DNA of 64,000 bases from a virus, in the IMG/VR virus record IMGVR_UViG_3300042991_001118, positions 1 through 64,000 of that record. One strand, written 5' to 3'. The translations under genes were made by a program, and so were the position numbers. The notes under the pieces were generated by a model, which was not told the DNA's origin, ran no database searches, and was given only the letters and a program-made list of their open reading frames with translations. Shown one piece after another: positions 63,936 through 64,000 of the stretch. The number at the start of each line of letters is the position of its first letter. Within the stretch, counting starts at the first letter, position 1.

Positions 63936-64000
63936 AACGCAATTATCCGTACGCTTTTTTTGTTCTGTATGATTTTCCTTTTGTGTTTCTTGTGATGTTT

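Overview
AT-rich segment of a large tailed-phage-like genome, probably a T4-type-head or jumbo phage. The Ser/Thr kinase and FHA-GAF genes hint at a kinase-rich host such as a planctomycete, but that is inference. (i) 1-10.8 kb, minus strand: putative virion/internal-head proteins with repeated L/I-x-E motifs, including a 1745-aa modular protein and a divergent JAB-like protein. (ii) 10.9-22.2 kb, plus strand: an early-type island behind one strong sigma70 promoter. It opens with ~3.4 kb of ORF-poor, hairpin-dense sequence holding two large ncRNA candidates. Small cargo genes follow (GP88-like, ArdC, RadC, hypotheticals), flanked by four families of repeated structured elements; one family (5 copies) sits between the Shine-Dalgarno sequence and the start codon. 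(iii) 22.2-32.1 kb: small minus-strand genes (RusA-like, lipoprotein, more L-x-E proteins). (iv) 32.2-34.8 kb: IS982-type inverted repeats enclosing both a DDE transposase and an intact IscB with omegaRNA. (v) 36.1-39.4 kb: a repeat-rich non-coding origin candidate and an orphan 5-repeat CRISPR array. (vi) 39.4-64 kb: primase-helicase, four DNA methyltransferases, Tdk, Tmk, QueC-like, GNAT, antirepressors, and a WNK-like kinase next to an FHA-GAF protein. All assignments are from visual motif recognition; no database searches were run.
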